DNA from: Myxococcota bacterium
GTDB lineage: Bacteria; Myxococcota_A; UBA9160; UBA4427
Assembly (NCBI GenBank): GCA_036336835.1
Contig: JAYZFK010000046.1
Location: forward strand, 83,789-147,788
Direction of reading: 5' to 3'
Length of the DNA stretch: 64,000 nucleotides
The position numbers and the translations under genes were made by a program. The notes under the pieces are model-generated. The model did no database searches and was not told the DNA's origin. It saw nothing but the letters and a program-made list of their open reading frames with translations. Of this stretch, positions 9,464 through 21,377 are shown one piece after another (the stretch's first letter is position 1; every line of letters starts with the position of its first letter).

Positions 9464-10606
9464 CTACGCCTCCTCCTCCTCCTGAGCGCCCAGCTCGTCC
9501 GAAGAGATCGGCCAGGTGACGATCTCGTGCGGCAGTGCCTCCCCCGGCGACGAAGACCGCTCCAGCACCAGATCGTTCAGTCGATCGATCAGCTGGCGCA
9601 GCCGACCGACCCGCCGGCGGTCGAGCGAAAGCAGCAGGCGCTGCAACCCCGGTCCCTCTCCCGCCTCTTCCTCGAGTGGAGTACCGACCTCGATCGGACC
9701 CTCCGTCAGCATGTCGGCGAAGTCCTCGTTCAGAGCGGCGAGCTGCACCTCGTTGGGAGCCACTCGAAGGCGGATCACCAGCCGCCCGTTGACATGGCGG
9801 CTCGAATGATAGTTGCTGTAGAAGTTCTCGATCTCCTCGAGCGCCTCTTCGAGATCATCCGTCACCTTGAACAGCGCGAAATCGTCGTCACTGATCCAGG
9901 ACGGGCGCTCGAGCTGTGAGCGAATGAAGCGATGCCAACCTCGCCAGTAGCTCCCGCCCGGCCGGTCGAGGAACACGACCGGCAGGATCTCGCTCTTGCC
10001 GGTCTGGATCAGAGTGAGCGCTTCGAACCCTTCGTCGAGCGTGCCGAAGCCTCCGGGTAGCAGCACGAAGGCGTGGGCCTCCTTCACGAACGTGACCTTC
10101 CTCGTGAAGAAATAACGGAAGTTGATCAGCTTCTCGTCACCGGCGATCGTCTCGTTCGCCAGCTGCTCGAAGGGAAGCTGGATGTTCACGCCAAACGACG
10201 AGGCACGACCCGCACCGCGCTGTGCGGCCTCCATGACGCCGCCACCCGCACCGGTGATCACCATCCAGCCTGACTCGACGACACGCTTCGCGAACCCGAA
10301 GGCCTGATCCCACTCGGGAGTTCCAGGCGCCGTCCGCGCGCTACCGAACACCGCCACCTTTCGAACGTTCGCATAGGGTCGAAAGACACGGAAAGAGTGG
10401 CGTAGCTCCTTCAGCGCGCGATTGGCGAGCCTCAGGTCGCCGAGCGAAGCGCCGTCGCGCAGCAGCCGCAGACCCGTCACGAGCACCTGTCGCACCAGAC
10501 CGCGGCCGCGCGTATTCCCGTACACCCTTGCCGCGTGGTCGATCAGAGCATCCAACTCCTCGTTGAGCTCTGGGTCGCGCAGCGTATAGAGGCGGTTGCG
10601 GGGCAT
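9464..10606 (-). CDS. LOG-family (TIGR00730-like) phosphoribohydrolase, long form
   Basis: VFGSAR, TGAGGGVMEA, FRYFFTRK, PGGFGTLDE. Confidence 0.9.
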   Translation of the reverse strand: MPRNRLYTLRDPELNEELDALIDHAARVYGNTRGRGLVRQVLVTGLRLLRDGASLGDLRLANRALKELRHSFRVFRPYANVRKVAVFGSARTAPGTPEWDQAFGFAKRVVESGWMVITGAGGGVMEAAQRGAGRASSFGVNIQLPFEQLANETIAGDEKLINFRYFFTRKVTFVKEAHAFVLLPGGFGTLDEGFEALTLIQTGKSEILPVVFLDRPGGSYWRGWHRFIRSQLERPSWISDDDFALFKVTDDLEEALEEIENFYSNYHSSRHVNGRLVIRLRVAPNEVQLAALNEDFADMLTEGPIEVGTPLEEEAGEGPGLQRLLLSLDRRRVGRLRQLIDRLNDLVLERSSSPGEALPHEIVTWPISSDELGAQEEEEA

Positions 10607-10686
10607 GCGGGAAACATACCGATCCGCAGGAGCTGCACCAGCTTGTTGCCGGCACGCCCGCGATCGTGCTCTACTCTTCCGAAGTC

Positions 10687-11265
10687 ATGTCCGGCCAGGA
10701 CCACGACAGCCTCCCGCTGAAGGCCGCGCTCGCCCGATACTTCGTCACGAACGGGTTCGCGCCGGACGGCGGATATGGCGCAAGCTGGGTGACCGGGAAA
10801 TTCGGACCCGTTCCGTTCGCCTTTCCCAACCTCGAAGCGCGCGTTCGCGCGGTGCGTTTCCACGATCTACACCACATCGTTACCGGATATGACACCGACA
10901 GCGCAGGCGAGGGCGAAATCTCTGCCTGGGAGATCGCGACCGGCTGTGGGACCTTCTGGGCAGCCTGGCTCCTCAATTTGAGCGGAATGACCGTTCTCTT
11001 CCCAGTTGCTCCGAGGCGGATCTATCGCGCCTTCGTGCGGGGACGCCACAGCGAGAACCTCTACCGGCGCGAGTACGACTCGCAGCTCCTGGCCACTTCC
11101 GTCGGCGAGATCCGGCAACAGCTCCTGGGCGGCGAGACGATATCCGCCACGGCCCGAGACAGGGCGGCCTTCGGACTCTGGTTCGCAGTGGGAGCATGCG
11201 CCACGCTCGCTCCGCTCGGAATCCTGCTGGCAACGCTCGTCGCGGCGACCCGCTGGATCGCCTGA
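10687..11265 (+). CDS. Coq4-like HDxxH metal-binding membrane protein
   Basis: HDLHHIVTGYDTD..GE motif; C-terminal transmembrane helix; start may be 10666. Confidence 0.55.
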   Translation: MSGQDHDSLPLKAALARYFVTNGFAPDGGYGASWVTGKFGPVPFAFPNLEARVRAVRFHDLHHIVTGYDTDSAGEGEISAWEIATGCGTFWAAWLLNLSGMTVLFPVAPRRIYRAFVRGRHSENLYRREYDSQLLATSVGEIRQQLLGGETISATARDRAAFGLWFAVGACATLAPLGILLATLVAATRWIA

Positions 11266-11284
11266 CCGCGCCGGGACAGTCACC

Positions 11285-11959
11285 TCACGCGAGGGGAAGG
11301 GCACCCCAGGCGATCCAGTGGCGATCCGAGACGACCTCCACCCTCAGCCCCCCGAGATCGCGAACCTCGAGCTGCTCACGCACCTCGTCCGGAGTGTAGG
11401 CGGCGCAGAGCGACGCCTCGAAGTCCCGCCGCAGCACCTCGGGCTCGCCGGCCGCATAGAGCTCGACGAGCTCGCGCACGCGCTCGCGAGACCCCGGACG
11501 GAGCAGATCCATCACGAACAGCGACGCTCCCGGACGCGCGACAGCCCGCGCCGTCGTCCACAGACCCGCCGGATCGGCGAGATGATGCAGCAGGCTGTTC
11601 GAGAACACGAGATCGAACGGCGCTCCGGGCAGCTCGCGGGCCGGGAGCAACCGCTCGTATAGATGAACGCGCTGCTCGAGCGCCGCGACGCGCGCCCCCT
11701 CGCGGCCGCGCGCGAGCATCGCTGCGGAGCCATCGACTCCGTACAGCTGCCAGCCCGCAAGACGCTCCGCCAGGCGCAGCGTGATCTCGGCTGGCCCACA
11801 GCCGAGATCGACGCAAACACCGCTGGCCGGAAGCCCGCCCAGTCGACCGAGCAGCAGCTCGACGCAGTGCGCGTGGGGCAGCTCGAAATCGCCCTCTGCG
11901 TACGCACGGACCTGGTCGCTGTCGAGCATCAGCTCGGGCTCCGGGACTCGCTCCATCAT
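11285..11959 (-). CDS. Class I SAM-dependent methyltransferase
   Basis: VDLGCGPA, GVDGSAAML, SNSLLHH. Confidence 0.88.
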   Translation of the reverse strand: MMERVPEPELMLDSDQVRAYAEGDFELPHAHCVELLLGRLGGLPASGVCVDLGCGPAEITLRLAERLAGWQLYGVDGSAAMLARGREGARVAALEQRVHLYERLLPARELPGAPFDLVFSNSLLHHLADPAGLWTTARAVARPGASLFVMDLLRPGSRERVRELVELYAAGEPEVLRRDFEASLCAAYTPDEVREQLEVRDLGGLRVEVVSDRHWIAWGALPLA

Positions 11960-12023
11960 CAGCCCTCGCTTCTCATGCGGGAGACCCCCCGCGACCGCTG
12001 CCGAGAGGCTCGGCGCCGCGCCT

Positions 12024-12569
12024 TCATCGCACGCGAGCTGAGATCACACGCCCGAGGTTCACGAGCCCCAGGGCCGACGCGACCGGCAGTCCAATCCACA
12101 GAGCCTCGTTTGCAAGCACGCGCATCCCCCGCGCACCAAAGGCGTGCGCCGGATCGATCGACGATGTCATGATCGGCCGAAACGGAGCGAACAGCCGCTC
12201 GTCGGAGAACGGGATCCAGAAGCCGACCCCGAGCCCGCCGTTCGTGAAGGCATCGAGCGCACCGTGAGAGGCCGTCGCCGCGGCGTAGCCGCAGCCGAGC
12301 AGCACACGCATCCGCACCGCTTCGCCTCGGTGCAGCAGCAATGGTGCAATGCAGCCGACGAGCAACGCGAAGCAGAGCGAATGACTGAAACCGCGGTGAC
12401 CGAGGGGATGGTCGTAGGGCACACCGAGCCAGAAGCCCACGACATCCGCGTCGGGAAGCATCGCCACGGCGGCCAGTCCGACGATCAGCCGTCGGCTGCG
12501 CTGCGACGCCGGCAGAAAGGCGGCCAACGCTCCACCGACCAGCGCGTGCGCAAACACGGTGGGCATCAT
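12024..12569 (-). CDS. YdjM-like inner-membrane metal-dependent hydrolase
   Basis: PDADV, HRGFSHS, SHGALDAFTNGG. Confidence 0.85.
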   Translation of the reverse strand: MMPTVFAHALVGGALAAFLPASQRSRRLIVGLAAVAMLPDADVVGFWLGVPYDHPLGHRGFSHSLCFALLVGCIAPLLLHRGEAVRMRVLLGCGYAAATASHGALDAFTNGGLGVGFWIPFSDERLFAPFRPIMTSSIDPAHAFGARGMRVLANEALWIGLPVASALGLVNLGRVISARVR

Positions 12570-12580
12570 TCAGGCCGGGC

Positions 12581-13621
12581 TCATGCCCGGTGCTCGAACT
12601 CCACGACCGTGCGACCGAGCGTCTCCCGCGCTTCCTGCCGAGCGAGCGCTGCGGCCGCCTGCTCGAGTGGAACGCGCTGTCCGACGAAGGGGCGAATTCG
12701 CTTCTCGGCGAGCCGACGCAGCAAATCTGCGTGGACTTCCTCGCCGAGAGTGCGCGGAAAGGGGTTGAACCCCGCCCTGCGCACCTCGCTCGGCAGACCA
12801 TCGATGAACGACGCGAGTACGCCGACCACGTCGATGTTGCCCGTAGCGATGGGGCGAAGCGGGCGTCCGGCGAAGCCGTTGTCGATATCTCCGGCAAAGC
12901 CAGCCATCACATAACGACCCTCGCGCCGAACACAGCGCCAAGTCGGTTCGGTGATGTCGCCACCCACGAAATCACAGGCAATGTCGACACCCTCGCCGTC
13001 GGTCTCTGCGAAGACACACTCCGCGAAGTCCGCCTGCGTGTGGTCGACGACGACGTGCGCCCCGAGATCCCGACACAGCTTCACCTTGGCCTCGCCGCCG
13101 GCTGTCGCGATCACGCGAGCCCCCACTGCCACACCGAGCTGAATCGCTGCAGAGCCCACGCTGCCCGCGCCGCCGTGAACTAGCAGCGTCTCGCCTTCGA
13201 CGAGTCGGCCGCGTCGCAACAACGCCACGTGCGCGGTGTGGAAGGTCAACAGGAAGGCCGCGGCTTCGGCGTCGTCGAGGCCAGGCGGCGCTTCGTAGAC
13301 GCCGCCCGCCGACGCGAGCGCGTACTCGGCGATTCCGCCGATGGCCTGCAACGTCACGGCGACGACGCGCTGGCCGATCCACGACTCGGCCCCATCGCCG
13401 GCAGCGTCGACTACGCCGCACGCATCCATCCCGAGGGTCACCGGAAGCGGGCGATTGACCGAACGCTGGCGCCCGTAGCAGGCGTGCACGTCGCTCGAGT
13501 TGAGACAGGCTGCTGCAACGTGGATCCGCACCATGCCGGGCCCCGGCTCGGGTCGCTCGAGCTCGACGATCTCGAGCGCCTCGGCCGGCGCAGCGTGGCG
13601 GACGACCTGGAGTGCCTTCAT
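12581..13621 (-). CDS. NADPH:quinone oxidoreductase (MDR family)
   Basis: HGGAGSVGSAAIQL nucleotide-binding motif, MDR fold pattern. Confidence 0.88.
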   Translation of the reverse strand: MKALQVVRHAAPAEALEIVELERPEPGPGMVRIHVAAACLNSSDVHACYGRQRSVNRPLPVTLGMDACGVVDAAGDGAESWIGQRVVAVTLQAIGGIAEYALASAGGVYEAPPGLDDAEAAAFLLTFHTAHVALLRRGRLVEGETLLVHGGAGSVGSAAIQLGVAVGARVIATAGGEAKVKLCRDLGAHVVVDHTQADFAECVFAETDGEGVDIACDFVGGDITEPTWRCVRREGRYVMAGFAGDIDNGFAGRPLRPIATGNIDVVGVLASFIDGLPSEVRRAGFNPFPRTLGEEVHADLLRRLAEKRIRPFVGQRVPLEQAAAALARQEARETLGRTVVEFEHRA

Positions 13622-13649
13622 GCGGCGACTCTACCAGCCTCTCGCGCGG

Positions 13650-14543
13650 CTAGGGGATGACCCGGCGCAGGAAGTCTCCGGCTCGCGTCAGCGCCTCGCG
13701 GCCTTCCGGAAACATCGCTGCGAGACCGTGGAATCCGTGGATCATCTCGGCGTTGATCTCGAGCGTCACGTCGACACCGCAGCGACCTGCGTTGGCGGCA
13801 AGCCGCGTCGAATCGTCGCGCGTCGTGTCGATCTCGCCAACTGACAGCAACAGCGGCGGAAGTCCGGTCAAGTCGGCATGCAACGGGCACGCGAGCGGAT
13901 CGCGCACATCGCCGTCGGGACCAACGTAGTCGCGCCCTCGCGCCCGAATCCAGGGACCGTTGACGTATGGATCCACACCGCGCGGGTGGACGGCCGAATC
14001 GCCCGTCTGCTCGAGGTCGAACCACGGCGTGAGACCCACGAAACCCGCCGGCAGCGGCCTCTGCGCATCGCGCAGCTTGCACAGCGTTGCGAGCGCAATA
14101 CCACCGCCACAGGAGTCGCCCACAAAGGCGACACGCGATGCCTGGATGCCCTGTGCGAGCAGCGCCTCGTAGACTCCGATCGTCTCGTCGATCTGCCTCG
14201 GGAAGCGCGCTTCGGGCGCGAGAGAGTACTGGTGTACCAGGAAGCGAGCGGGCATGTAGCGCGCGAGACCGGCACAGTACGGGATATAGTGCTCGAGCCG
14301 GGTCGCGACGAAGGCTCCCCCGTGCACCAGCAACACGACCCGATCCGAGCCTTCGACTTCGGGCGTCGTCACCCATGCACAGGGCACGCCGGCGAGCTCG
14401 AGCGTCTCGACCCTGGCATCGCCGGGCACCTTCGTCGGGTGGACCGCGGTCATCTTCTCGCGGACGAGCATCGTGTCGTCTGCGGCAACGGCCAGCCCCG
14501 GCTTCAGCGCCTTGCGCAGCTGTTCGTACTCGCTACTCGCCAC
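13650..14543 (-). CDS. Alpha/beta hydrolase, HSL-family esterase
   Basis: HGGAF, GDSCGG nucleophile elbow, HGF; GTG start after GGAGG. Confidence 0.88.
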   Translation of the reverse strand: MASSEYEQLRKALKPGLAVAADDTMLVREKMTAVHPTKVPGDARVETLELAGVPCAWVTTPEVEGSDRVVLLVHGGAFVATRLEHYIPYCAGLARYMPARFLVHQYSLAPEARFPRQIDETIGVYEALLAQGIQASRVAFVGDSCGGGIALATLCKLRDAQRPLPAGFVGLTPWFDLEQTGDSAVHPRGVDPYVNGPWIRARGRDYVGPDGDVRDPLACPLHADLTGLPPLLLSVGEIDTTRDDSTRLAANAGRCGVDVTLEINAEMIHGFHGLAAMFPEGREALTRAGDFLRRVIP

Positions 14544-14610
14544 CAGCGCCTCCGCCACTCCGATCCCGAGCGGTGGCCAGCATACTGGATCGCCACGGCG
14601 TTGCGGCGGG

Positions 14611-14844
14611 TCACTCCTCGGGCTCGTAGAACTCCACGTCGAGATCGTCGAGCTTGTCCTGCAAGAAGCCACGCGCATCGCGGATCGCCTGGTTGTAGAC
14701 CGGCGCGCCGAGCTCGACGACCAGGAAGTCGAGCACGCGCTCGGCCTGGAACTCGGACAGCTCGATCTCGAACTCGGCATCTAAGAAACGGCGGAGCGAG
14801 CGCAGGACACGAGCGCGCGGCTCGTCCTCCAGTCGGATTCGCAT
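14611..14844 (-). CDS. DUF2164-family protein
   Basis: FQAERVLDF...ELGAPVYNQAIRDA pattern; 77 aa. Confidence 0.75.
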   Translation of the reverse strand: MRIRLEDEPRARVLRSLRRFLDAEFEIELSEFQAERVLDFLVVELGAPVYNQAIRDARGFLQDKLDDLDVEFYEPEE

Positions 14845-14957
14845 CGGCTGTCGATCAGTCGATCGCACAACGCCTCCTCTCACTCCTTGCCGTCGTCCCC
14901 GACGATCGAGCCACAGCCCCGATCGCGCTCGAGCAGCTCCGCCCCGCTGCTCCTGGG

Positions 14958-15917
14958 TCAGGGCTCGAGCACGACCTTGATCGCGCCGCTGCCGCGTGCC
15001 GCCGCCGTCTCGAAGGCCAGGACAGCGTCGTCGAGCGGGAAACGATGCGTGATCAGTACGTCGGCGATCGCAGGGTCCGAGGCCAAGATCGAGGCCGCGA
15101 TGTCGATATCGCGCCCGACGCTACGACGTCCGTACATCATGGAAGGCACGATCCGCACCTCCTTCATGCAGAGCAGGAAGCCGGGCAGCTCCATCCCCTC
15201 CCAGTAGGATGCGAGCAGCAGCAGCGTCGCCCCGGGACGCGCGAGCTCGACGCAGCGCGCGAGCGAGCTCGAGGTTCCGGCGGCGTCGACCACGATGTCG
15301 TAGGCCGAGTTCCCGGAAGACTCGGACTCACCGAGTGCACCTCCGCCAAGCCGCTCGCACGCCTCGAGCTGTGCCGCGTGACGCGCAACGAGGTCGACCG
15401 TGGCACCGCTCGCTCGGGCCACCGCGAGGGCAGCGAGCCCGATGGCGCCGCCGCCCACGATCACCACCCGCTGGTCACCGCGCAGTCCGATCTGGACGAA
15501 GCCGTGGACCGCGACAGCCGTCGGCTCGACGAGACACGCGTCATCGACACGCAAGCCCGCTGGCAGCCGGACCAGACAGCGCTCGGGCACGCGGACCTCG
15601 TCGGCCATTCCGCCATCGAGCACCGTCCCCATCACCATCGTCGGGCCGCGCACGCAGCGCTGGTAGTCGCCACCCAGGCAGAACTCACACTCGCCGCACG
15701 GCTGGATCGGCTCGACCGCGACGGACGTACCATCGTCGGTGACTCCGGCAAGTTCGTGGCCGAGCGTCGCCGCGATCGGAAACTCGGTGCCCGAAATCAA
15801 ATGGAGATCCGAGCCGCAGATGCCAGCCGAACGGATGCGCACCCGCACGCCGTCACCCGGCGGGGCGGGAACCTCGACGAGCTCGACTCCTCCGTCTCGA
15901 CAGCGCACCGCGCGCAT
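14958..15917 (-). CDS. Zinc-dependent alcohol dehydrogenase
   Basis: GICGSD, GHE, CGECEFC...C, GGGAIG. Confidence 0.92.
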   Translation of the reverse strand: MRAVRCRDGGVELVEVPAPPGDGVRVRIRSAGICGSDLHLISGTEFPIAATLGHELAGVTDDGTSVAVEPIQPCGECEFCLGGDYQRCVRGPTMVMGTVLDGGMADEVRVPERCLVRLPAGLRVDDACLVEPTAVAVHGFVQIGLRGDQRVVIVGGGAIGLAALAVARASGATVDLVARHAAQLEACERLGGGALGESESSGNSAYDIVVDAAGTSSSLARCVELARPGATLLLLASYWEGMELPGFLLCMKEVRIVPSMMYGRRSVGRDIDIAASILASDPAIADVLITHRFPLDDAVLAFETAAARGSGAIKVVLEP

Positions 15918-15986
15918 TCGATCCTCCGCACGATCTCCCGTTGAGCGCCACCGGGGCAGTCGACGATACCACTCCAGAGCGCGGCG

Positions 15987-17087
15987 GTGATGCGCTTTGA
16001 CGGCGGCGCTCGAGCGAGCTTACCTGGGGCCGTGCCGCAGAGTCTCCTACACCACCGGACGACCGTCGCGATCGCAACCTTGCTCGTTGCAGGGGCCGCT
16101 GCGATGGCAGCCCTGGACGTCACTCCGACGCGCGAGTCGCTGTACGCCCCACACCGGGCAGACGACGGCCGCTTCTTCACCCCGTGGACCACGAGTGACC
16201 GCAGCCTGTTTCGCGCGCTGCGCTGGATGTTCTCGCGCAGCACCTACGCCGGCGTCGCGGCGCCGCCCACACCCGTCGTGCCAAACGATGGCACCTACCT
16301 GTCCGAGCCGACCGAGCCCCCGTCACTCACCTGGGTCGGCCACGCCAGCTACGTCGTCCAGGACGGCGGCGACGTCTTCCTGACCGATCCGCACTTCACG
16401 CGACGAGCCCTGATCCTACCGCGCGTGGCCCCGCCGGGTCTGCCGATCACGAGTATCCCGGGCGACTCGTTCGCAGTGATCTCGCACAACCACTACGACC
16501 ACCTGGACGACGGGACCGTCACAGGTCTCGCCGCGAGCGTCGGCTGGTACGTCCCGCTCGGTCTGGCGGAGTGGTTTCGCGAACGAGGTCGCCGCGACGT
16601 CACCGAGCTCGACTGGTGGCAGACGGCGACGCGCGGCCGCTGGAAGATCACGTGCCTGCCGTCGCAGCACTGGTCGCGACGGATCGGTCAGGCGGAGAAC
16701 GCAACGCTGTGGTGTGCCTGGCTGATCGAATCGGACGAACGTCGCTACTTCTTTGCCGGAGACACTGGCTACTTCCACGGCTTCAGCGAGTTCGGCCGTC
16801 TCTTCCCGAACATCGACGCCGCGCTGCTGCCGATTGGCGCATACGCGCCGCGCTGGTTCATGCGCTCGCAGCACATGGACCCCGCCGAGTCGTATCGGGC
16901 GTTTCGCGAGCTGGGTGCGCGGTTCATGATGGCAATGCACTGGGGCACGTTCGATCTGACCGACGAGCCGCCGGGTCACCCGCCGAGCGAGCTGCGCCAG
17001 GTGGTGTCAGACACGAACGGTGACCCCGCTCAGGTGCGGGTGCTGGCGGTCGGCGAGCGCTTCGTGCTGCCGTCGCGAGCTCCCTGA
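15987..17087 (+). CDS. MBL-fold metallo-hydrolase (RomA/NAPE-PLD-like)
   Basis: SHNHYDHLD, FAGDTGY, PIGAYAPRWFM, MHWGTF; start uncertain. Confidence 0.88.
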   Translation: MMRFDGGARASLPGAVPQSLLHHRTTVAIATLLVAGAAAMAALDVTPTRESLYAPHRADDGRFFTPWTTSDRSLFRALRWMFSRSTYAGVAAPPTPVVPNDGTYLSEPTEPPSLTWVGHASYVVQDGGDVFLTDPHFTRRALILPRVAPPGLPITSIPGDSFAVISHNHYDHLDDGTVTGLAASVGWYVPLGLAEWFRERGRRDVTELDWWQTATRGRWKITCLPSQHWSRRIGQAENATLWCAWLIESDERRYFFAGDTGYFHGFSEFGRLFPNIDAALLPIGAYAPRWFMRSQHMDPAESYRAFRELGARFMMAMHWGTFDLTDEPPGHPPSELRQVVSDTNGDPAQVRVLAVGERFVLPSRAP

Positions 17088-17092
17088 GCGCT

Positions 17093-19438
<2,346 letters not shown>

Positions 19439-19744
19439 GGGCCGAGGATAGCTCGACCGGTCCCGCCGCTGGGCCTGCGCGCAGCGCGGCGGTCTGGCTA
19501 CCTCATTGCCGGGGGCGGATCGGCGCGACCGCCCTGTGGGGCCACCTGCTCGCGGACTCCGCGGCGCTCACCCTCGGGCCGGCCGTGCGGGTCGGCGCGC
19601 TCGACGCCGCGCCCGTTCGCGTGCGAGAATTCCGCACTTCGCGCATGGTTGAGTCGGCCCGGTCGATGCCCTCCAGCGCGCACGCTGGGCGGCGGCCGCC
19701 ACAGTCGAGGCCGCTGCATCCACCTCGAGCCCGGAGAAACCCAC

Positions 19745-20143
19745 GTGTCGCAGGACTCGACCCGCTGGCTTCGCATGGCCTTGAAGGCCAACGGAGTCTT
19801 CTCCGCGCTCTCGGCGCTCGTGCTGTTGCTCGGTGATGGCCTGGTGGCGGCGCTGCTCGGAGCCTTCGACGCGCTCGGCCGCATCCACTTCGTCGGCCTC
19901 GGTCTCGGCGTCTTCGCGGCCTCTCTGTTCTGGCTCGCGACGCGCGACCGCATCGCTCCCGCCCTGACCAAGGCCGTGATCGCCGCCGACCTGCTCTGGG
20001 TCGCCGGAAGCGGACTCGCCATCGCCACCGAAATGACGAGCGGCCAGGGGACATGCGCGGTCGCGATCGTCGCCGGTGTCGTCGCCCTGCTCGCGCTCGC
20101 CCAGGGCCTTGCCCTCCGATGGGGGCCAGAGTCGAATCATTGA
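19745..20143 (+). CDS. Hypothetical membrane protein (about 4 TM helices)
   Basis: Hydrophobic ORF; GTG start after GGAGA. Confidence 0.6.
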   Translation: MSQDSTRWLRMALKANGVFSALSALVLLLGDGLVAALLGAFDALGRIHFVGLGLGVFAASLFWLATRDRIAPALTKAVIAADLLWVAGSGLAIATEMTSGQGTCAVAIVAGVVALLALAQGLALRWGPESNH

Positions 20144-20335
20144 TTCGAGGACGCTCCGAAAGGAGCCTGCCCGTGACCAGGTCGCGCGCAACGTGACCCG
20201 GCCTCGCACTCCGCGCCCGCGTGAACCACCATTACGGCTTTGGCAGCAGCTTCATCGACCGCTGGCTGCGCACGGCGTGGAGGAACTGGCCCGCTCTGCG
20301 CGAGCGCGTTCTCACAGGCGACGCGTTGCCGCGAC

Positions 20336-21250
20336 TCAGCGAGCGGGGGTGAACCCGGCGGTCCGACGGCTCGCGAGCCATGCCTCCACGGCAAACACGC
20401 CGAGCGCGAGCCAGACACAGCCGAACGTCCAGGCGTATACCCCCGCGAACGGCTCGCCGTAAACCGCCACCGCCAGCACGAACGCAATGCTCGGCGCCAG
20501 GTACTGCAGGACGCCGATCGTCACGAGCGGCAAACGCCGCGCCGCCGCATTGAACAGCACCAGCGGTGCCGCCGTGAGCAGACCAGATGCCGCAATGAAC
20601 GCATCCCACCCGAGCTCTCCCCGTGGAATCGTCCCGCGGCCCTCGACCGCCAGCCACAGCACAAACCCCAGGGCGGGAACCGACAACAGCGTGGTCTCGA
20701 CGCCGAATCCGGCCACCGGCTCCACCGGGGCCAGCTTGCGCACCAGGCCGTACAGCCCGAACGAGACCGCGAGCACCAGAGAGATCCACGGCAGCTCTCC
20801 GAGCGCGTACACGAACTGCCCCACACCAAACGCCGCGATCGCCACTGCGAGCCACTGGAGCGGGCGCAATCGCTCCCGCAGAACGAGCAGTCCCAGCACT
20901 ACATTGATCAGGGGATTCAGGTAGTAGCCGAGGCTGGTCGCGAGCACCTGTCCGCTGGCCACGGCGAAGATGAACACGAACCAGTTGATCCCCAGCAGCA
21001 GCGACGCAACCGCCACCGGCAATACTGCCCGGGGCGAGCGCAGCGCCGTTCGGTACTCGCCGAAGCGGCGCGTGGCGGCCAGCAGCCCCATCGCGATCAG
21101 CGCTGACCACAGCACGCGGTGCGCCAGTACCTCGATCGGCGCAAAGTCCTGGAGGGCCTTCCAATAGGCCGGAGCAAAGCCCCAGATCGAAAACGCGACG
21201 AGCCCATAGAGCACGCCCGTGGCTTCGCGCGAGTGCGGCGCTCGGGGCAA
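20336..21250 (-). CDS. rarD: EamA-family transporter RarD
   Basis: EVLAHRVLWS, SLGYYLNPL, LYGLVRK, GVLQYLAP. Confidence 0.88.
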   Translation of the reverse strand: MPRAPHSREATGVLYGLVAFSIWGFAPAYWKALQDFAPIEVLAHRVLWSALIAMGLLAATRRFGEYRTALRSPRAVLPVAVASLLLGINWFVFIFAVASGQVLATSLGYYLNPLINVVLGLLVLRERLRPLQWLAVAIAAFGVGQFVYALGELPWISLVLAVSFGLYGLVRKLAPVEPVAGFGVETTLLSVPALGFVLWLAVEGRGTIPRGELGWDAFIAASGLLTAAPLVLFNAAARRLPLVTIGVLQYLAPSIAFVLAVAVYGEPFAGVYAWTFGCVWLALGVFAVEAWLASRRTAGFTPAR

Positions 21251-21377
21251 CCTGAATCTCCGGTTCGTCGGCAGCGCGAGAGTCCGAGGCTAGCAGCCCG
21301 CTCTCATCACGCGGCCCCCCTCCGGCTCCAGCGCCGAACGGACCGTGCTGCAATACGGCCGGCTCCGAGACCGGCTG

